Source: Bdellovibrionales bacterium (GTDB lineage: Bacteria > Bdellovibrionota > Bdellovibrionia > Bdellovibrionales > CAYMLA01). Taken from it: a stretch of 64,000 bases of DNA. The position numbers were made by a program, and so were the translations under genes. Each line of letters opens with the position of its first letter. The stretch's first letter is position 1. Where the stretch lies: the NCBI GenBank assembly GCA_965217115.1, contig OZ244239.1, positions 1,056,001-1,120,000 on the forward strand. Reading direction: 5' to 3'. The notes below the pieces were generated by a model, which made no database searches, was not told where the DNA came from, and was given only the letters and a program-made list of their open reading frames with translations. Shown here in pieces: positions 1 to 10,680 of the stretch.

Positions 1-2
1 AT

Positions 3-302
3 AAAAGTTTACGCGCACCCCTCCTGCCTCTTAATCAGGGCTTTGTCGACATCAATGTCTTTAATCCTGGAATCAACACAGAAATCTACATCAACGGTCA
101 AAAAATTCCAGATCCTTTACCTATCAAACGATACCCTGTTCCTGCAGACAAAAAACTTGTCATAAAAGCTGTAAATGCCTTTCGTCGAACTTTTGATGAA
201 AGAGTACTTAAACTTAAAGCCAACAAAAAAGCTATTGTAAACCTACTCTTAAGGAAGAAAAAGCATTCTCATAAAGAGAAAAGATTTCCATCAAACAAAT
301 AA
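3..302 (+). CDS. 3' end of a gene truncated by the window edge; PEGA-like beta domain
   Basis: Open frame from base 3 to TAA at 300-302 (…GFVDINVFNPGINTEIYINGQKIPDPLPIKRYPVPA…); the 'EIYINGQ' pattern resembles PEGA domains. Confidence 0.6.
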   Translation, partial: KSLRAPLLPLNQGFVDINVFNPGINTEIYINGQKIPDPLPIKRYPVPADKKLVIKAVNAFRRTFDERVLKLKANKKAIVNLLLRKKKHSHKEKRFPSNK

Positions 303-317
303 CGCCGAACTCGCCCT

Positions 318-2069
318 ATGTATAGCCTTAGAAAATCCTTCACTCAACTTAAACAAAGACATGGCACCGCTTTAAGAAAGTGTACAAACAATATTTGGAT
401 TCATATCACTTGGTCTCAATACGCTTATCGATTAGAGCAGATTGCCTATAGTCTTCTCACTATAGGAGTTCAAAAGGGCGATCCTATTGCTATCTTCTCT
501 AAACCTCATCCTAAATGGTGCTTTACCGACTCCGCTATATTATCCATTGGCGCTGTTTGCGTACCTATTTATAATAACATTTCCAATGCAGATCTCATTC
601 ATATTATTAATGAAAGTAGTATCAAAATTTTATTTTGCGAAAATATAAAACATATCAAACAGTGGAAACAAATCAAAGATCAATGCCCCTGTGTCAAAAA
701 GATCATTTGTTACGAAGAATGCTGGGATAAAGAAGTTCACCCTCTGCGCTGGGATTTATTCTTAACAATGGGTGATGATCTAAAAAGGCAACACCCCGCC
801 TTGTTGCAACAAATTTGCGAGAATCTTGAAGATACAGATTTAGCAACTATTGTTTTTACCTCTGGAACCACAGGGACCCCAAAAGGTATTCCAATCAATC
901 ACAAGCAAATTGACAAAGAAGTACAAGCTGTATTCCCCGCACTCAATATCACCAACAAAGATCTAAGCTTATCTATTTTACCCTATGCCCACATTTTCGG
1001 TCGCCTGGAATCATGGGGAAATATTTGCATCGGCTACACAATCGCCTTTAGTGCAAACAGAGAAAACTTACAAAAAAGTCTCCGTGAAATAAATCCTTCC
1101 ATTATTATCACTGTCCCAGAAATTTTAGGAAAACTCCTTACAAATATGCAAACAAGGATTTCTTCTAATCCAATAAAGAAACACTTTTTCCAACACGCAC
1201 AAAAACTACTCTCGCAAATTGAACACAGAAAACAGAGCTTTAAATCTATAAAAATAACAGATATTTTTCTACAAAAAACCTCTCAAAGATATATTTTTAC
1301 TGAAGCCAACCGTGTATTTGGTAAAAAATTACGCTTTATTGTTTCTGGAGGAGCCCCTCTAGATACGGATATAGCCCAGCTTTTTCTTAGTTCAGGTATT
1401 CTTGTTTTAGAAGGCTACGGCCTCACTGAGACAACGGGCGCTATTAGTCTAAACACTCCTTCTTCCTTTCAATTTGGCACTGTTGGAAAACCTCTGCCTG
1501 GCACACAAATTCGTATCGCTGATGACGGAGAAATTCTTGTTAAAAGCGACACCATCATAACAAAAAACTGGTTTTACACTGGAGACATAGGACACTTTAA
1601 CAATAAAGGTTTTCTTGTTATTTCTGATCGTAAGAAAGATCTTATCAAAACCTCTTCTGGAAAATACATTGCCCCTACAAAATTAACCAAAAAATTACTT
1701 AGACACTCAGCTTTTTCCTATGTGCATATTCACGGAGATAAAAGAAGTCATATCATAGCACTTATTACTTTAAACAAAATTGAACTTATCAAGTGGGCGG
1801 ATCAAAACGATCTTTCCTATGCCAACATTGGCGATCTAACTCAACATTCACAGGTAAAAGAAATGGTTCGTTCACTCATTGCTAAAACCAACAAAAATCT
1901 ATCCAATCATGAGACAATAAAGAATTTTGCCGTTCTACGTCATGAATTCTCTATTGAGACAGGAGAACTCACCCCCTCATTCAAAGTAAGGAGAAAATTT
2001 TGTGATGAAAAATTCATCAGTATTATTGAAAACCTCTACAGCCTCGATAATCAGCTAGAAACCATTTAA
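318..2069 (+). CDS. fadD: long-chain fatty acid--CoA ligase (AMP-binding family)
   Basis: FTSGTTGTPKG AMP-binding motif, EGYGLTE, YTGDIG, DRKKDLIKTSSGKYIAP, GELTPSFKVRR. Confidence 0.9.
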   Translation: MYSLRKSFTQLKQRHGTALRKCTNNIWIHITWSQYAYRLEQIAYSLLTIGVQKGDPIAIFSKPHPKWCFTDSAILSIGAVCVPIYNNISNADLIHIINESSIKILFCENIKHIKQWKQIKDQCPCVKKIICYEECWDKEVHPLRWDLFLTMGDDLKRQHPALLQQICENLEDTDLATIVFTSGTTGTPKGIPINHKQIDKEVQAVFPALNITNKDLSLSILPYAHIFGRLESWGNICIGYTIAFSANRENLQKSLREINPSIIITVPEILGKLLTNMQTRISSNPIKKHFFQHAQKLLSQIEHRKQSFKSIKITDIFLQKTSQRYIFTEANRVFGKKLRFIVSGGAPLDTDIAQLFLSSGILVLEGYGLTETTGAISLNTPSSFQFGTVGKPLPGTQIRIADDGEILVKSDTIITKNWFYTGDIGHFNNKGFLVISDRKKDLIKTSSGKYIAPTKLTKKLLRHSAFSYVHIHGDKRSHIIALITLNKIELIKWADQNDLSYANIGDLTQHSQVKEMVRSLIAKTNKNLSNHETIKNFAVLRHEFSIETGELTPSFKVRRKFCDEKFISIIENLYSLDNQLETI

Positions 2070-2141
2070 AAAACGAGTTATTTACCTATACACACGTCAA
2101 ATAAGTTGCCTGAATCTTCTAAGAAAGTTACTCTTCATAAA

Positions 2142-2996
2142 ATGAAGCGTACAGAATTTTACTTTAATGGTCACAAAAATATTTCTCTTTTTGCACAATC
2201 TTGGCAAAATACTCAGTTTCCCCTTCAGGCTAATCTCATCGTCACACATGGTCACGGAGAACACTCAGAGTGGTACTCTCGTCTTGCAGAAGCCCTCGTA
2301 CCAAGAGGGTATAATCTTTATGCATGGGACCTACAAGGGTACGGGCAATCAGCAGGCAAAAGAGGCTACATCGAAGACTTTTACGATCACTCTCTCGACC
2401 TTCTCCAGTTTATCAAATATTTAAAGAGCAGCGTTTCACATTTTCAAGAAACCCCATTCTTTCTTATAAGCCATTCGATGGGTGGAATGATCACTCTAAA
2501 AGCCCTCATTGACCACGCTGACATAGGACAAAGAGCCACTTGCCTTAGCTCTCCCCTCATTGATATGGCAACTCCCCCGCCTCTTTACAAAGACCTTCTA
2601 GCGCGAACTCTATATCACATACTCCCTAAAATCACATTAACTAGCGGAACAAGACCAGATGAGCTATCTCGAGATCCACAAATTATTAAGCTCTACAAGA
2701 AAGACCCCCTACGAACAGCCATGGTATCACCCGGCTCCTACTTAGGAATTTTAAAATCTTCCGAGTACATAAAAAGCAATCCCCATAAAATAACAACTCC
2801 CATCTTTTTTCAATTAGCAGGAAATGACAAAGTCGTCAGACGTCATACCTCCGAAAAAGTCTTTGATAAAATTTCTTCTAAAATTAAAAAGAAAACACTC
2901 TACTCTGATGCCTACCATGAGATCTTCAACGATATTTGCCGAGAACAAGTCTTCAATGATTTACATGATTTTCTACAGGAGCGCTTAAGCCAATGA
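2142..2996 (+). CDS. alpha/beta hydrolase, lysophospholipase/monoglyceride lipase family
   Basis: HGHGEHS, DLQGYGQS, SHSMGG nucleophile elbow, YHEIFND; ATG at 2142 preferred over TTG at 2106. Confidence 0.85.
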   Translation: MKRTEFYFNGHKNISLFAQSWQNTQFPLQANLIVTHGHGEHSEWYSRLAEALVPRGYNLYAWDLQGYGQSAGKRGYIEDFYDHSLDLLQFIKYLKSSVSHFQETPFFLISHSMGGMITLKALIDHADIGQRATCLSSPLIDMATPPPLYKDLLARTLYHILPKITLTSGTRPDELSRDPQIIKLYKKDPLRTAMVSPGSYLGILKSSEYIKSNPHKITTPIFFQLAGNDKVVRRHTSEKVFDKISSKIKKKTLYSDAYHEIFNDICREQVFNDLHDFLQERLSQ

Positions 2997-3580
2997 ATTT
3001 TTTTATTTTAATTATCTCATCCCTTTTTCTCGTTCAGTGCGCATCCCTTTCTTCCAAAGAGAAGTTTCAAATTAAATACAATAATTATATTGAAAAGCGT
3101 ACACGGAAAAAACAAAGTTACAGCGGCTGGAACAACAACTATTCTATTCGCTTATCTCTTCTCGACACAAAACTGCAAAACTTACAGAACAGATTTCGCT
3201 CCTACCAATTTCAGTGGAGTAACGACGAAGAGACATCTCAAAAAAAGACTCTAAACAAAAAGCTCACTCATTACACCGAAGCCTTTATGAGTTTCTACGC
3301 ACCAAATCCTAAAAATAACAAATTAGAACAAAAAAGCACATCTCTATGGAAGATTTTTCTCGATATAGATGGACGGCGTTTTGAAGGGAAAATAAAGAAA
3401 ATGAGTAAGCTTCGAGATGAGATCATTACTTACTACCCATTTCACTCTAGATGGGGAACTCCCTATATAATCACATTTTCTGCTCCTACAAGTTTAGTAG
3501 ATAACTACAAAGCACGAATCATTATGACAGGCCCCCTGGGAACGGTTGAACTTCCGTTTTCTCCAATAGAGGATAGGTAA
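2993..3580 (+). CDS. hypothetical lipoprotein
   Basis: N-terminal hydrophobic stretch with lipobox-like LVQC; ATGA overlap with the upstream gene. Confidence 0.7.
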   Translation: MNFFILIISSLFLVQCASLSSKEKFQIKYNNYIEKRTRKKQSYSGWNNNYSIRLSLLDTKLQNLQNRFRSYQFQWSNDEETSQKKTLNKKLTHYTEAFMSFYAPNPKNNKLEQKSTSLWKIFLDIDGRRFEGKIKKMSKLRDEIITYYPFHSRWGTPYIITFSAPTSLVDNYKARIIMTGPLGTVELPFSPIEDR

Positions 3581-6500
3581 CTGCCAGGAAAATTTTTTCT
3601 TCTTTTTTAATCAACCCAGACCTCTCTAGTGCAGTGGCGTAAATTTTTAATTGCTCAAAGGCTCGTTCCTTATAATCGCTACTCCCTGTTTTATAGTCGA
3701 CAATCCACACTCCTGATTCATCACGACCCCAAATATCTATTTGTCCCTCAACAGTTTGCCCTTCTAAGTGGCATAAAAAACCCCACTCTGTATGACCATT
3801 TTCAATAATCTGTAGAAGATTTGGTTTTTGAAGCTCTTCAATGTACTTAAGTGCCTTTAGTTTTTTTGGCTCCTCAGGAAACCAAGTCTTCATAAGCTTT
3901 CTAGCTCCCTCAACACCCTGATAACGAAGACTTTCAAAAACTTTATGTAAATCAGTTCCCTGCTGAGCTCTCTCTATGAATTTAGATATCTCAACAAAAC
4001 CGTTATTGTCTCCTTGCTTATTCTCATTTTTTAGCATTTCCGTGACTGATGTCACTCCATGAGCTATAGACCCCTCTCCAGTCCAATAAGAACATTTATC
4101 TGGAAGAGTCACTTCCTCTGTTGCTTGAGTAAGTTTTTCCAATAAAGGCAGCTCGCTTTCATGTAAAACCTCAAAGCTATAATGCTCTTTGTGATGAAGA
4201 CCTGGTGTTAAGTCCCAATGAACACGGGACATACATGAGTTTTTTTTGATTTTTCCATTAAAAAATAATGAGACTGTTTTCTTTGCACGAGTCAATGCCA
4301 CATACAGAATTCGATCAGCCTCCTCTATATCTCTTTTATGTAAAGTTCTAGCCATTTCTTTTCCTGCCACTGAATGAGTCATCTTATCATCATCGCCGAA
4401 AGGAATAGCCAAAGCCCATCGACCTTGCCACTCTCCCTGATCCTCATTGCAGACAAAGCGAGGCAATTGCGAAATTTTCTGTGTTTTTGAAAGGTACGGT
4501 AAAAACACATGATCAAATTGCAACCCCTTAGAGGCATGAACCGTCATCAAATTCACCCGATTCGGCTCCCAAGAAGCAACAGCATCTCCCTCACTACTTC
4601 CCTCTAAACTTAATTCCACATCTTGATTGGCTACAAAGTTAAGGAAACTAAACCCTGGCAAATAAGATTCTTGTCGTAAACAAGAAATCAATTTCCAAAT
4701 ATTTGATTCCCTGCGACCCGTTACATCGTAATGGTGAGAAAAATCTATCATTCCACTCTCAATAACCCCTGTCTCAAAAGCTGATAGAGTTCCTATCTTC
4801 TCTGAAAGCAACCGTAGCTCCTGCAGCCGATAAACTCCATTCCAAGAAGCCTTCTGAGAGACTGACTCTAGAAAAAACCGATAATAACTTTTCTCTTTTT
4901 TTACTTTTTCCTTAAGAGCTTCAGCTATCTCTGAGTCCAAAACCTTAAACCAAGGGGACCGTAAAACACTTAAAAGGTTTAAATTATCATGGGGGTTCAC
5001 CAAAAACTTTAAAAAACATAGAGCATCCCTAATCTCTCGACGTTTATAAAATCCCCCTGAAGAGTGAACCTGCACGGGGCAATTAAAACTCTGTAGAGCT
5101 TGAGCGATTTTTTCTAGATCTTTATTTGCTCTTGCCAATACGCAAATTTGATCAGCTTCTACTCCTTTCTCCAATAACTCTCCCACATGTCTTGCCACCA
5201 CCAGAGGCTCTAGTTCCTCATCTGTCTGTTCCTCATCAACTTGCATAAAATGCGCAACGACCTTCTCGCCCTCTTTGTCTTTTTCAAAATGAGGCTCCAT
5301 GGCTTGAAACTGAGAACCTAATCCAGAAAAAAAATCATTAAAAAACAACAATAATCTAGGTGTAGAACGGTAATTTTTCTTTAAAAGACCAAGAGAATCT
5401 CCTCTCTGTCTTGCTACCTGCTCTCTGCGCTCAAAAACCTCCGAACGTGCCCCGCGAAACAAATAAATACTCTGCTGAGGGTCTCCGACAACAAAAGAGT
5501 GGCTCTCACCTACTAACTTTTGCAAAAGCTCTACCTGCAAAGGGCTTGTGTCCTGGTACTCATCAATCAACCAATAATCCCATTCAGCAGAAAACCTCTT
5601 GGCCACCTGCGGATAATCTCTCACAAGCTGCAAGGACAAGGTCTCCAAATCAGACATTGTTATCTTAGCCGTATTCCATTTTATCTCATTCCAACGTTTA
5701 TAAAATGCTTCACCTATTCTCTCAAACTGAGAACTCATCTCTTGATAACGAATCCAAAAACTTTTCTGAAAACTCACAGAGAGAATAGATTGAGATTTAC
5801 TTCTGCTAAAGTACTCCTTGGCTTTTTTACAAAGTTGAATTGTCTCATCAGACACTTCAGGATCGCTCGTTTTATGTATCGGTTGTCTCGGGAGCTTCAC
5901 CTCTGTTAAAAAAATCTCTATATCATCCCAAGAGTCAATTTTAAGTTTTTCACTCAAATTCTTAAAGAACTGGCTATACTCTAACCACTTTTCATTAGAC
6001 GTCTCTGATTGGATTGAATTTGCGATCTCCTCTAAATCACAGGCCACTTCTTTAGCTCTTTGTAAAGCCAATTTCTCAAGATCTACCAAAGAATAGGGAC
6101 GAAATTTATCAAGGAATTCCACTCGTTTCTCATAAAAAGATCTCAACAAAGAGCATAGGTCATTAAAAGAATAACTTTCTAAAAACTCCTGATAGGAAGA
6201 ATCTTCCAGTAATATCTCTCTGACTAGTCGACGAACTTTTCGACTCTCCTGTTTTTCGGAAATAAAACGAAAACCTGATTCTATCCCCACAGAATGACCA
6301 TGACGACTTAGCAGGATATTTAAAACTCCATGAATTGTTAAAATTTGTAATGACGATGAAGAATTCACAAAATCAACTAAATGCTCTCCCCGTTCTCGAG
6401 CCAGTAACATTAATCTTTCCCGTAACTCTTGTGTGGCCTTACGGGTAAAAGTTGTCACCACAACCTTCGGAAAACTTTGATGTTCTTCATAAAAATCTTG

Positions 6501-6608
6501 AGCTAGCTGTAAAACCTTTTGCGTTAAACGAGTTGTTTTTCCCGCCCCTGCTCCTGCTCGTACAACCTCTGAATGGAGATGCTCTTGACTCTTTTTGCCT
6601 CTGTTCAT
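3522..6608 (-). CDS. addA: AddA-like UvrD helicase with C-terminal PD-(D/E)XK nuclease
   Basis: AGAGAGKT Walker A, TFTRKA, IDEYQDTS, VGDPQQSIYLFRGA, TVHASKGLQF, YVALTRAK, GQIDIW…IVDYKTG. Confidence 0.9.
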   Translation of the reverse strand: MNRGKKSQEHLHSEVVRAGAGAGKTTRLTQKVLQLAQDFYEEHQSFPKVVVTTFTRKATQELRERLMLLARERGEHLVDFVNSSSSLQILTIHGVLNILLSRHGHSVGIESGFRFISEKQESRKVRRLVREILLEDSSYQEFLESYSFNDLCSLLRSFYEKRVEFLDKFRPYSLVDLEKLALQRAKEVACDLEEIANSIQSETSNEKWLEYSQFFKNLSEKLKIDSWDDIEIFLTEVKLPRQPIHKTSDPEVSDETIQLCKKAKEYFSRSKSQSILSVSFQKSFWIRYQEMSSQFERIGEAFYKRWNEIKWNTAKITMSDLETLSLQLVRDYPQVAKRFSAEWDYWLIDEYQDTSPLQVELLQKLVGESHSFVVGDPQQSIYLFRGARSEVFERREQVARQRGDSLGLLKKNYRSTPRLLLFFNDFFSGLGSQFQAMEPHFEKDKEGEKVVAHFMQVDEEQTDEELEPLVVARHVGELLEKGVEADQICVLARANKDLEKIAQALQSFNCPVQVHSSGGFYKRREIRDALCFLKFLVNPHDNLNLLSVLRSPWFKVLDSEIAEALKEKVKKEKSYYRFFLESVSQKASWNGVYRLQELRLLSEKIGTLSAFETGVIESGMIDFSHHYDVTGRRESNIWKLISCLRQESYLPGFSFLNFVANQDVELSLEGSSEGDAVASWEPNRVNLMTVHASKGLQFDHVFLPYLSKTQKISQLPRFVCNEDQGEWQGRWALAIPFGDDDKMTHSVAGKEMARTLHKRDIEEADRILYVALTRAKKTVSLFFNGKIKKNSCMSRVHWDLTPGLHHKEHYSFEVLHESELPLLEKLTQATEEVTLPDKCSYWTGEGSIAHGVTSVTEMLKNENKQGDNNGFVEISKFIERAQQGTDLHKVFESLRYQGVEGARKLMKTWFPEEPKKLKALKYIEELQKPNLLQIIENGHTEWGFLCHLEGQTVEGQIDIWGRDESGVWIVDYKTGSSDYKERAFEQLKIYATALERSGLIKKEEKIFLAVTYPLLEKTEVQPFPGGLS

Positions 6609-6663
6609 TTTATATCCTTAAAAAACACACATTCTCTTAATATACTTGTAACCATTTAATAAT

Positions 6664-9477
6664 TTACCTTTTATTAACCCTTTCAGGAATACGACAGATG
6701 TTTTTCCACTCTTCGGCTAACTCATATTTCGTATCCTCACTAAAAGGCTCAAAATGCCCCTCTCTAATGCCTTTAATGGCACTAGAAACTAATTGATTAA
6801 TTCCCTTATAAAGTTCCTGTTTTTCTTCCCGTAGAATTTTATTTCTTTTCATATCTTCACAGTCAAATAAATGACCTGAATTTTCCTTTTGTTTAAACCC
6901 AATAAAGCGTTCCATCGTACGAGAAACATAGTAAAATGCCCCTTCAACCTCTTTTACTTTTAAAGAGGGCACCAGTCCATTTTCCATCGCCTGTGCGTAG
7001 AGAGCTAACTGCAACTTACGTTTTTCCACCCAATGACTAAACTGCTTCAACCCATTATTTGAAGATTTATAATCAAGAATCACTACATTTCCAAAAGCGT
7101 CTTGATCCACCCTATCAGCCGCTCCTTTAAAGGGCCACCACTCCCCATTTTCTTTAGCCTCAGAAGACAGCTTTCCTGTTACTGTATTCACATACCCCTC
7201 AATTTTTGCTTCACGGGCCACCGTGGTAAAATCGGGGAACTTCTGTCGATACTCTTTTTCCTCTTTTAAGAAACGTCTCGCCAATTGCAAATATTTTTTT
7301 CTTAACGGTGGCCACAATCTCTCATCGGCTAAGTGAATATGATAATCTCTGCGACACCGGTCAATCAATGAAAGGATTTCTTCATTCGTGTAATCAAATT
7401 TCATTGGTGTTTCTGTTAATTGTTCAAATAGGCCATGCATCAAATTACCACGGGTCATTGCATCCACATCTAAATCCAAGGAGGGCAAATCTGAGAGATG
7501 AAAAAGATATTTGATCGCATACAAAAAAGGAAATTCTAAATAAGTTTCTAAGCCCGAAGCCGATAGACGCAGTGATCTGTTTGGAGGAAATAATTCTAAT
7601 TCTTCACTCCCTAAATCTTGAGCCACCGCACAACATAAGAGTGCCCCTCTTTGATTATCCCAATTTTTCTTTTCACAAATTAACGTTTTCTCCTGCCTCT
7701 GTAAGTAATCCCAACGGGTCATCTTGGGCACAGAAACCTTCTCTAAATCAACATTCTCTCTCTGAGCACCCTCTAGCCAGAGTTGCGATGGACTTTCTAT
7801 TCTACTTGAAAAGTCCGTCGATGCTGTTGTCACAACTAGTTCTGAAGCGTTTATGTCCAAAACCCAACGAACTTCGAACTCCAGTAAGCTTTTTTCCACA
7901 TGAGTTAAATTAAAACCAAACTGCTCAGAGAGAGATAAGATATCCATAAATGAAATTTGCGTTTTCTCTTTTTGCTTCAACTCAGAGTCCATCAACCCAC
8001 AAAAAACAATTTTACTAAAATCGCCATAATCAACTGACAATAAATTTGTGCAACGAACTCCTGATTTTATATGTTTTTTTAATATGACTTCTTTCTTACA
8101 AGCCTTAAACTCTAAATATTGAAGCCATTGATCCATGTTCATCACAGTTTTTGGGCGACACTCTTTTATTATCTCCTGTAATAACCCTTCAAGCAATTCA
8201 CTTCTCTTTTCTCCTGGCCAACACTTCAATGCTAAACTAACAAATTCTGTTCGATTCATTTTTGTTTTTCTTGATAACGAAGACAGGTAACGATCTTTTA
8301 TCTTTTGTGAGCGCTCCAAATCACTGCGATCATAAAGTGACGAAAATATTACCTTAAACTTTTCATAATGCAACGTGCTGCTTGAAGACTCACGCAAAGC
8401 CCCTTCTTCTTCTTCTTCTGTTGCAAAAATCTCTGTCTCTAGATCTTCACTCTCAGGTTGATTCACAAGGAGCTTTAGCCCACAAAGCCACCTCTGCACT
8501 TCTTTAAAACTCTGATACCGAGTTGTCATATTTTTAGCGGCAAAAACTCCCTCCACATTCAGAAGTCCCTCTAAAACAGGCCAATACATTTCTATCTTCG
8601 GAGATACAATGGCTATTTTTTCTGGACTCACCCCTTGATCAATCCAAGTGCGAATGCGAGCAACAGCCTCTTTAGCCTCTCCCAACATCGTCGTAAAACG
8701 CAGATATTCTCTATTGCCATTTTCCTGCCGATGAGAGACCTCTTCTAACTTCGCCTCTTTTATCAAGTCACTCACATCTCTTTCTAATAATTTTCCATAG
8801 GGTTTTAACAAAAGATCATAATCCAAAGCCCACGGAGGACAAGGCACTAAAACTTCTATCTCTAGATAACGTCCCATATGCTGTAGAAGCTCAACATCTA
8901 TTTGATTAATTTCAACGCCCAAATCAACCACGAGTTTTCTTTTCCAAAATTGCTCAAAACCAAACTCATTGAGCAAAACCCCTCCCGCCCATGAATGCCC
9001 GATAAATCCCTGCTGCAAAGCCATCTTCCAAATCTGTAGCGACAATTCATACCAGCTGAACCAACGGGTTTTCCCTTGAGGATAACTCCCAAACCACTCT
9101 CTGAGCATTTCATCACCACGGGGGTGACACAACAATGGCAGTAACTGCTGAACATAATCCAAAGCCTGTGCACTTACATCAACAATGGCCTCATCGTCTA
9201 CCCCCCTTTTTTCAAGAATTCCCTGTACAGAGACAAGAAGAAACTCCTTAGAAACCAATTCCAAAGATGGTCGAACTCTAAATAAAAGTTTTTTCCACAA
9301 TTCACTGGCTCTTAAAACAGAGTCTTCTTCCAAAAAAGAAGCATCTTCAACGAAGAGGTTCTGCAACTCTAATTTAGAATGTAAATCAGAAACAAGCCAC
9401 GTCTGGCCACGGGGATTAAAGTCTTTTAGCTTTTTTTTCTTATCACTCGGACAGGCAATAAGTGTATAGGTAATCAT
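6664..9477 (-). CDS. addB: AddB-like inactive-helicase/PD-(D/E)XK nuclease subunit
   Basis: LSASGLETY, RGNLMH, GAADRVD…ILDYKS, QLALYA; immediately upstream of addA. Confidence 0.85.
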   Translation of the reverse strand: MITYTLIACPSDKKKKLKDFNPRGQTWLVSDLHSKLELQNLFVEDASFLEEDSVLRASELWKKLLFRVRPSLELVSKEFLLVSVQGILEKRGVDDEAIVDVSAQALDYVQQLLPLLCHPRGDEMLREWFGSYPQGKTRWFSWYELSLQIWKMALQQGFIGHSWAGGVLLNEFGFEQFWKRKLVVDLGVEINQIDVELLQHMGRYLEIEVLVPCPPWALDYDLLLKPYGKLLERDVSDLIKEAKLEEVSHRQENGNREYLRFTTMLGEAKEAVARIRTWIDQGVSPEKIAIVSPKIEMYWPVLEGLLNVEGVFAAKNMTTRYQSFKEVQRWLCGLKLLVNQPESEDLETEIFATEEEEEGALRESSSSTLHYEKFKVIFSSLYDRSDLERSQKIKDRYLSSLSRKTKMNRTEFVSLALKCWPGEKRSELLEGLLQEIIKECRPKTVMNMDQWLQYLEFKACKKEVILKKHIKSGVRCTNLLSVDYGDFSKIVFCGLMDSELKQKEKTQISFMDILSLSEQFGFNLTHVEKSLLEFEVRWVLDINASELVVTTASTDFSSRIESPSQLWLEGAQRENVDLEKVSVPKMTRWDYLQRQEKTLICEKKNWDNQRGALLCCAVAQDLGSEELELFPPNRSLRLSASGLETYLEFPFLYAIKYLFHLSDLPSLDLDVDAMTRGNLMHGLFEQLTETPMKFDYTNEEILSLIDRCRRDYHIHLADERLWPPLRKKYLQLARRFLKEEKEYRQKFPDFTTVAREAKIEGYVNTVTGKLSSEAKENGEWWPFKGAADRVDQDAFGNVVILDYKSSNNGLKQFSHWVEKRKLQLALYAQAMENGLVPSLKVKEVEGAFYYVSRTMERFIGFKQKENSGHLFDCEDMKRNKILREEKQELYKGINQLVSSAIKGIREGHFEPFSEDTKYELAEEWKNICRIPERVNKR

Positions 9478-9491
9478 AGAAAATTATTTCT

Positions 9492-9632
9492 TTATCGATC
9501 TAAAATATTAGGGTCTAAGGAATAGCTCTTCGTCGATAGTTCATCTGAAGAGGACTCCATGTATACCCGTGAATCACCTGCAACTGAAAAAGAAAACATC
9601 AGCAATATTACTGCAAAAATCAAAGTTTTCAT
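9492..9632 (-). CDS. 46-aa small protein with signal peptide (not in the ORF track)
   Basis: MKTLIFAVILLMFSFSVAGDSRVYMESSSDELSTKSYSLDPNILDR*; strong RBS AGGAGGG just upstream. Confidence 0.6.
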   Translation of the reverse strand: MKTLIFAVILLMFSFSVAGDSRVYMESSSDELSTKSYSLDPNILDR

Positions 9633-9650
9633 CTAATCCCTCCTAAAAAT

Positions 9651-10487
9651 TTATTCTGTCTCTATTATTAATTCACCTAGTAACATGAGCGTCTCTGGAT
9701 CATGAAGAGAACCATGACGACGCCCTTTTCTAATGAATAACTGATCTTTATAAGGATGTTTGCTTTTTTGAAGAGCCTTTATATTGCTTTTTGAATAAGA
9801 TAGAGGAATCGCTTTATCTTGATCGCCATGCAAAAAAATCACAGGACTTGTGGCGGCAAGAACAGCTTTCTCTGTGTTATACTCGTTGCCCTGGTCATTG
9901 CAGAGAAAAGAGAATCTACCAGCCGATTTTCTACATAGAGATAAAAAATTTGTCCAAGCAGCAGACAAGATTATTAAATTATAATTTTCAACATTCAAGG
10001 AAACCTGAGCAGCAACACCAGATCCTAAGGAATACCCCCAGATATTTATATGCGACTCAGGAAATGCTGTCTGCAACTGTTCATAGGCTTTAACACCTGC
10101 CTGAGTGAATGATCTCTCTGACATCTGAAGTCTATTTCCTGAATATCCAGGGTATTGCAATGTGTAAATTAAAATCTTCTTAGATCTAAACTCCTTGTCG
10201 AAAAAAGTCTGAAGACGGTCTCCCGCATAATAATTTTGAGCATTTCCATGGAGGTAAAGAACAACATGGGGAGCTGCTTTATTCTCTTGAATCTGAAAAG
10301 GAGCCCCCCTCAATACAAGAGAGTTCTTATCATCAATATAAACCTTATGATTAAAAAACTTCTGAACAGCACTTAAAGGTTTTTCAGTTTTAAAGTCTGC
10401 TCCAGCATATAAACTACTTTCAATTATTACCGCTAAAGACTTATTTAAAAGAACAAATAGAAGATTTAGTAAAAATAACACTTTCAT
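9651..10487 (-). CDS. secreted alpha/beta hydrolase (ABHD13/Bem46-like)
   Basis: Signal peptide, YLHGNA, YPGYSG, GYSLG, HGDQD, terminal H. Confidence 0.8.
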   Translation of the reverse strand: MKVLFLLNLLFVLLNKSLAVIIESSLYAGADFKTEKPLSAVQKFFNHKVYIDDKNSLVLRGAPFQIQENKAAPHVVLYLHGNAQNYYAGDRLQTFFDKEFRSKKILIYTLQYPGYSGNRLQMSERSFTQAGVKAYEQLQTAFPESHINIWGYSLGSGVAAQVSLNVENYNLIILSAAWTNFLSLCRKSAGRFSFLCNDQGNEYNTEKAVLAATSPVIFLHGDQDKAIPLSYSKSNIKALQKSKHPYKDQLFIRKGRRHGSLHDPETLMLLGELIIETE

Positions 10488-10680
10488 CCCTTTTTCTCTA
10501 AAATGTAGTACAGGTTTTAGCCCAAGTAATCCTAATATTGAGAGTTAGAATCATAATACAGAGATTGACTCGTAGCATTATATTTTTCGTCGTATGATTT
10601 TTTTTACTCTTTTTCCCATTTGACCACATCTTCTTACTCGGCAAAAATCAAAGCGGCAAGTTATATTTGGAGGAGCCTGG

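Noticed and set aside
3522..3580. 59-bp convergent overlap between the lipoprotein gene and addA
   Set aside because: Short 3' overlaps of convergent genes are common, and there is no sign of extra function.
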